Position numbers and translations under genes: made by a program. A DNA stretch of 64,000 bases. Source: Mycobacteriales bacterium. Its GTDB lineage: Bacteria; Actinomycetota; Actinomycetes; BP-191. The stretch's first letter is position 1; each line of letters starts with the position of its first letter. Location: contig DATLOQ010000123.1 of NCBI GenBank assembly GCA_035536235.1, positions 4,132-68,131 of the forward strand, given 5' to 3'. Shown here piece by piece: positions 62,383 to 64,000 of the stretch. The notes beneath the pieces are model-generated. The model was given only the letters and a program-made list of their open reading frames with translations. It was not told the origin of the DNA and searched no databases.

Positions 62383-63635
62383 CGACCTTCTGGGGACCGG
62401 ACTTCTCGGCCTTGCAGCAGAGCGACCCGGAGATCGCTGGAGTAGTGCTGAGCGAGCTCGACCGGCTGCGGGGTGGCCTTCAGCTCATCGCCAGCGAGAA
62501 CTTCACCTCACCCGCGGTGCTGGCCGCGCTGGGCTCGACCTTGTCGAACAAGTACGCCGAGGGCTACCCCGGCAAGCGCTACTACGGCGGCTGCGCCGAG
62601 GTCGACAAGGCTGAGGTCGTCGGGATCGAGCGGGCGAAGGCGCTCTTCGGCGCCGAGCACGCCAACCTGCAGCCGCACTCCGGCGCGAGTGCCAACCTCG
62701 CGGCGTTTGGCGCGTTCCTCGCCCCCGGCGACACCTACCTGGCGATGAGCCTGCCGCACGGCGGCCACCTGACCCACGGCGCGAAGGTGAGCTTCTCGGG
62801 CAAGTGGTTCACCCCGGTCCACTACGGCGTGAGCGCGACGACCGAGGACATCGACTACGACCAGATGCGCGACCTCGCTCGAGAGCACCGGCCGAAGATG
62901 ATCGTCTGCGGCGGATCCGCGATTCCCCGGCTCATCGACTTCGCGGCGTTCCGCGAGGTAGCCGACGAGGTCGGCGCGATCCTGATGGTGGACGCCGCCC
63001 ACTTCATCGGCCTGGTGGCGGGTCAGGCCATCCCGAGCCCGGTCCCGTACGCCGACGTGGTCACCTTCACCACCCACAAGGTGCTGCGCGGACCGCGCGG
63101 CGGCATGCTCGTCTGCAAGGCCGAGCACGCGGCCAAGCTCGACAAGGCAGTGTTCCCGATGATGCAAGGCGGGCCGCTGATGCACGCCGTCGCAGCGAAG
63201 GCGGTCGCGCTCAAGGAGGCGGCGACCCCGGAGTTCCAGGCCTACGCTCGCCAGGTCATCTCCAACGCTCAGGCGCTGACCGAGGGCCTCGCCGCCGAGG
63301 GGATGCGCCCGGTGTCCGGTGGCACCGACACCCACCTGGCGCTGCTGGACCTGCAGCCGCTCGGGGTGACCGGTGCCGAGGCCGAGGCGCGCTGCGACGC
63401 GGCCCGCATCGTGCTGAACAAGAACGCCATCCCCTACGACCCGCAGCCGCCGAGTGTCGCGTCCGGCATCCGGGTCGGATCGCCCGCGGTGACGACGCAG
63501 GGCATGGCGGAGGGTGAGATGAAGGAGATCGCCTCTCTCATCGCTCGGGCCGTGCGCGACAGCTCCGCGGCTGCCGAGGTCGGCGCGACGGTGGCGGCGA
63601 TGGTGGCCCGACACCCCGCCTACCCGCAGGGCTAG
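62379..63635 (+). CDS. glyA: Serine hydroxymethyltransferase
   Basis: PLP lysine motif ([14 protein letters not shown]) and the full SHMT fold. Confidence 0.9.
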   Translation: MTTFWGPDFSALQQSDPEIAGVVLSELDRLRGGLQLIASENFTSPAVLAALGSTLSNKYAEGYPGKRYYGGCAEVDKAEVVGIERAKALFGAEHANLQPHSGASANLAAFGAFLAPGDTYLAMSLPHGGHLTHGAKVSFSGKWFTPVHYGVSATTEDIDYDQMRDLAREHRPKMIVCGGSAIPRLIDFAAFREVADEVGAILMVDAAHFIGLVAGQAIPSPVPYADVVTFTTHKVLRGPRGGMLVCKAEHAAKLDKAVFPMMQGGPLMHAVAAKAVALKEAATPEFQAYARQVISNAQALTEGLAAEGMRPVSGGTDTHLALLDLQPLGVTGAEAEARCDAARIVLNKNAIPYDPQPPSVASGIRVGSPAVTTQGMAEGEMKEIASLIARAVRDSSAAAEVGATVAAMVARHPAYPQG

Positions 63636-63666
63636 GCACCGGAGAGCGGGGAGGCGGAGCAGCGCA

Positions 63667-64000
63667 GTGCGCGAGTACACCCTCGTCTTCCTCGTCGCCG
63701 CTGCTGTGACGTACCTCCTCACGCCGATCGCCCGGCGGGTGGCCATCCGCACGGGGACGATGGCCCAGCCTCGGGACCGTGACGTGCACGCCATCCCGAC
63801 CCCACGCCTCGGCGGCGTAGCGATGTACGGCGGCGTCGTGGCCGCGTTCTTCGTCGCCCGCCGGCTGCCGACGCTGCGCAACACCTTCGACGGGTCATCC
63901 GAGGACACCGCGCTGCTCGCCGCGGGCGGGCTGATCTGCCTCCTCGGAGCCGTAGATGACCGGTGGGGCCTGGACGCCTTCACCAAGCTGGCCGGCCAGT
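63667..64000 (+). CDS. wecA: UDP-GlcNAc:undecaprenyl-phosphate GlcNAc-1-phosphate transferase (WecA/Rfe, GT4/MraY-like), 5' partial at window edge
   Basis: N-terminal TM helices and the motif GAVDDRWGL. Position after sua5 matches mycobacterial synteny. Truncated by the window end. Confidence 0.7.
   Translation, partial: MREYTLVFLVAAAVTYLLTPIARRVAIRTGTMAQPRDRDVHAIPTPRLGGVAMYGGVVAAFFVARRLPTLRNTFDGSSEDTALLAAGGLICLLGAVDDRWGLDAFTKLAGQ

Overview
This is a high-GC (~70%) actinobacterial chromosomal segment, densely packed with genes on both strands. Its right half (about 47.2-64 kb) is syntenic with the mycobacterial argS-lysA-hom-thrC-thrB-rho-rpmE-prfA-prmC-sua5-wecA block. The local insertions are a tRNA-Arg(CCG) plus response regulator upstream of argS, an MFS transporter between thrC and thrB, Ohr between rho and rpmE, and LMW-PTP, rpiB and glyA before wecA. 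The left half is a mixed housekeeping and accessory region. It carries: a LivK-type binding protein; an SRAP/YedK peptidase; a DksA/TraR-like zinc finger translationally coupled to a WhiB protein; IdeR; a SigH/SigR-type ECF sigma factor with a ZAS anti-sigma factor; a GalE-like epimerase; a likely unannotated ribosomal protein bL37 gene; a tandem pair of 7TM HD-GYP-type proteins; a biotin carboxylase / crotonase-family / minimal BCCP three-gene operon; an orphan PilT ATPase; bioB; whiB1 with a CRP-like site and a repeat array upstream; a DAGK-family kinase; rsbW-sigF; a Tat-secreted metallophosphoesterase; Ni-SOD (sodN) with its divergent maturation peptidase sodX; rmlC; a polar amino acid ABC transporter; a PQQ sugar dehydrogenase; a GT1 glycosyltransferase; kgd (2-oxoglutarate decarboxylase/dehydrogenase E1); an acyl-CoA dehydrogenase; a BNR-repeat secreted protein; and a DUF1326/DUF2182 pair. 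I found no CRISPR array, integrase or transposase. The strongest candidates for a poorly described system are the BC-crotonase-BCCP operon (15.0-17.4 kb) and the tandem 7TM-HD(-GYP) module with its low-GC leader and micro-ORFs (11.2-14.1 kb). Several very long ORFs in the six-frame track are antisense artefacts typical of high-GC DNA and were trimmed or rejected.
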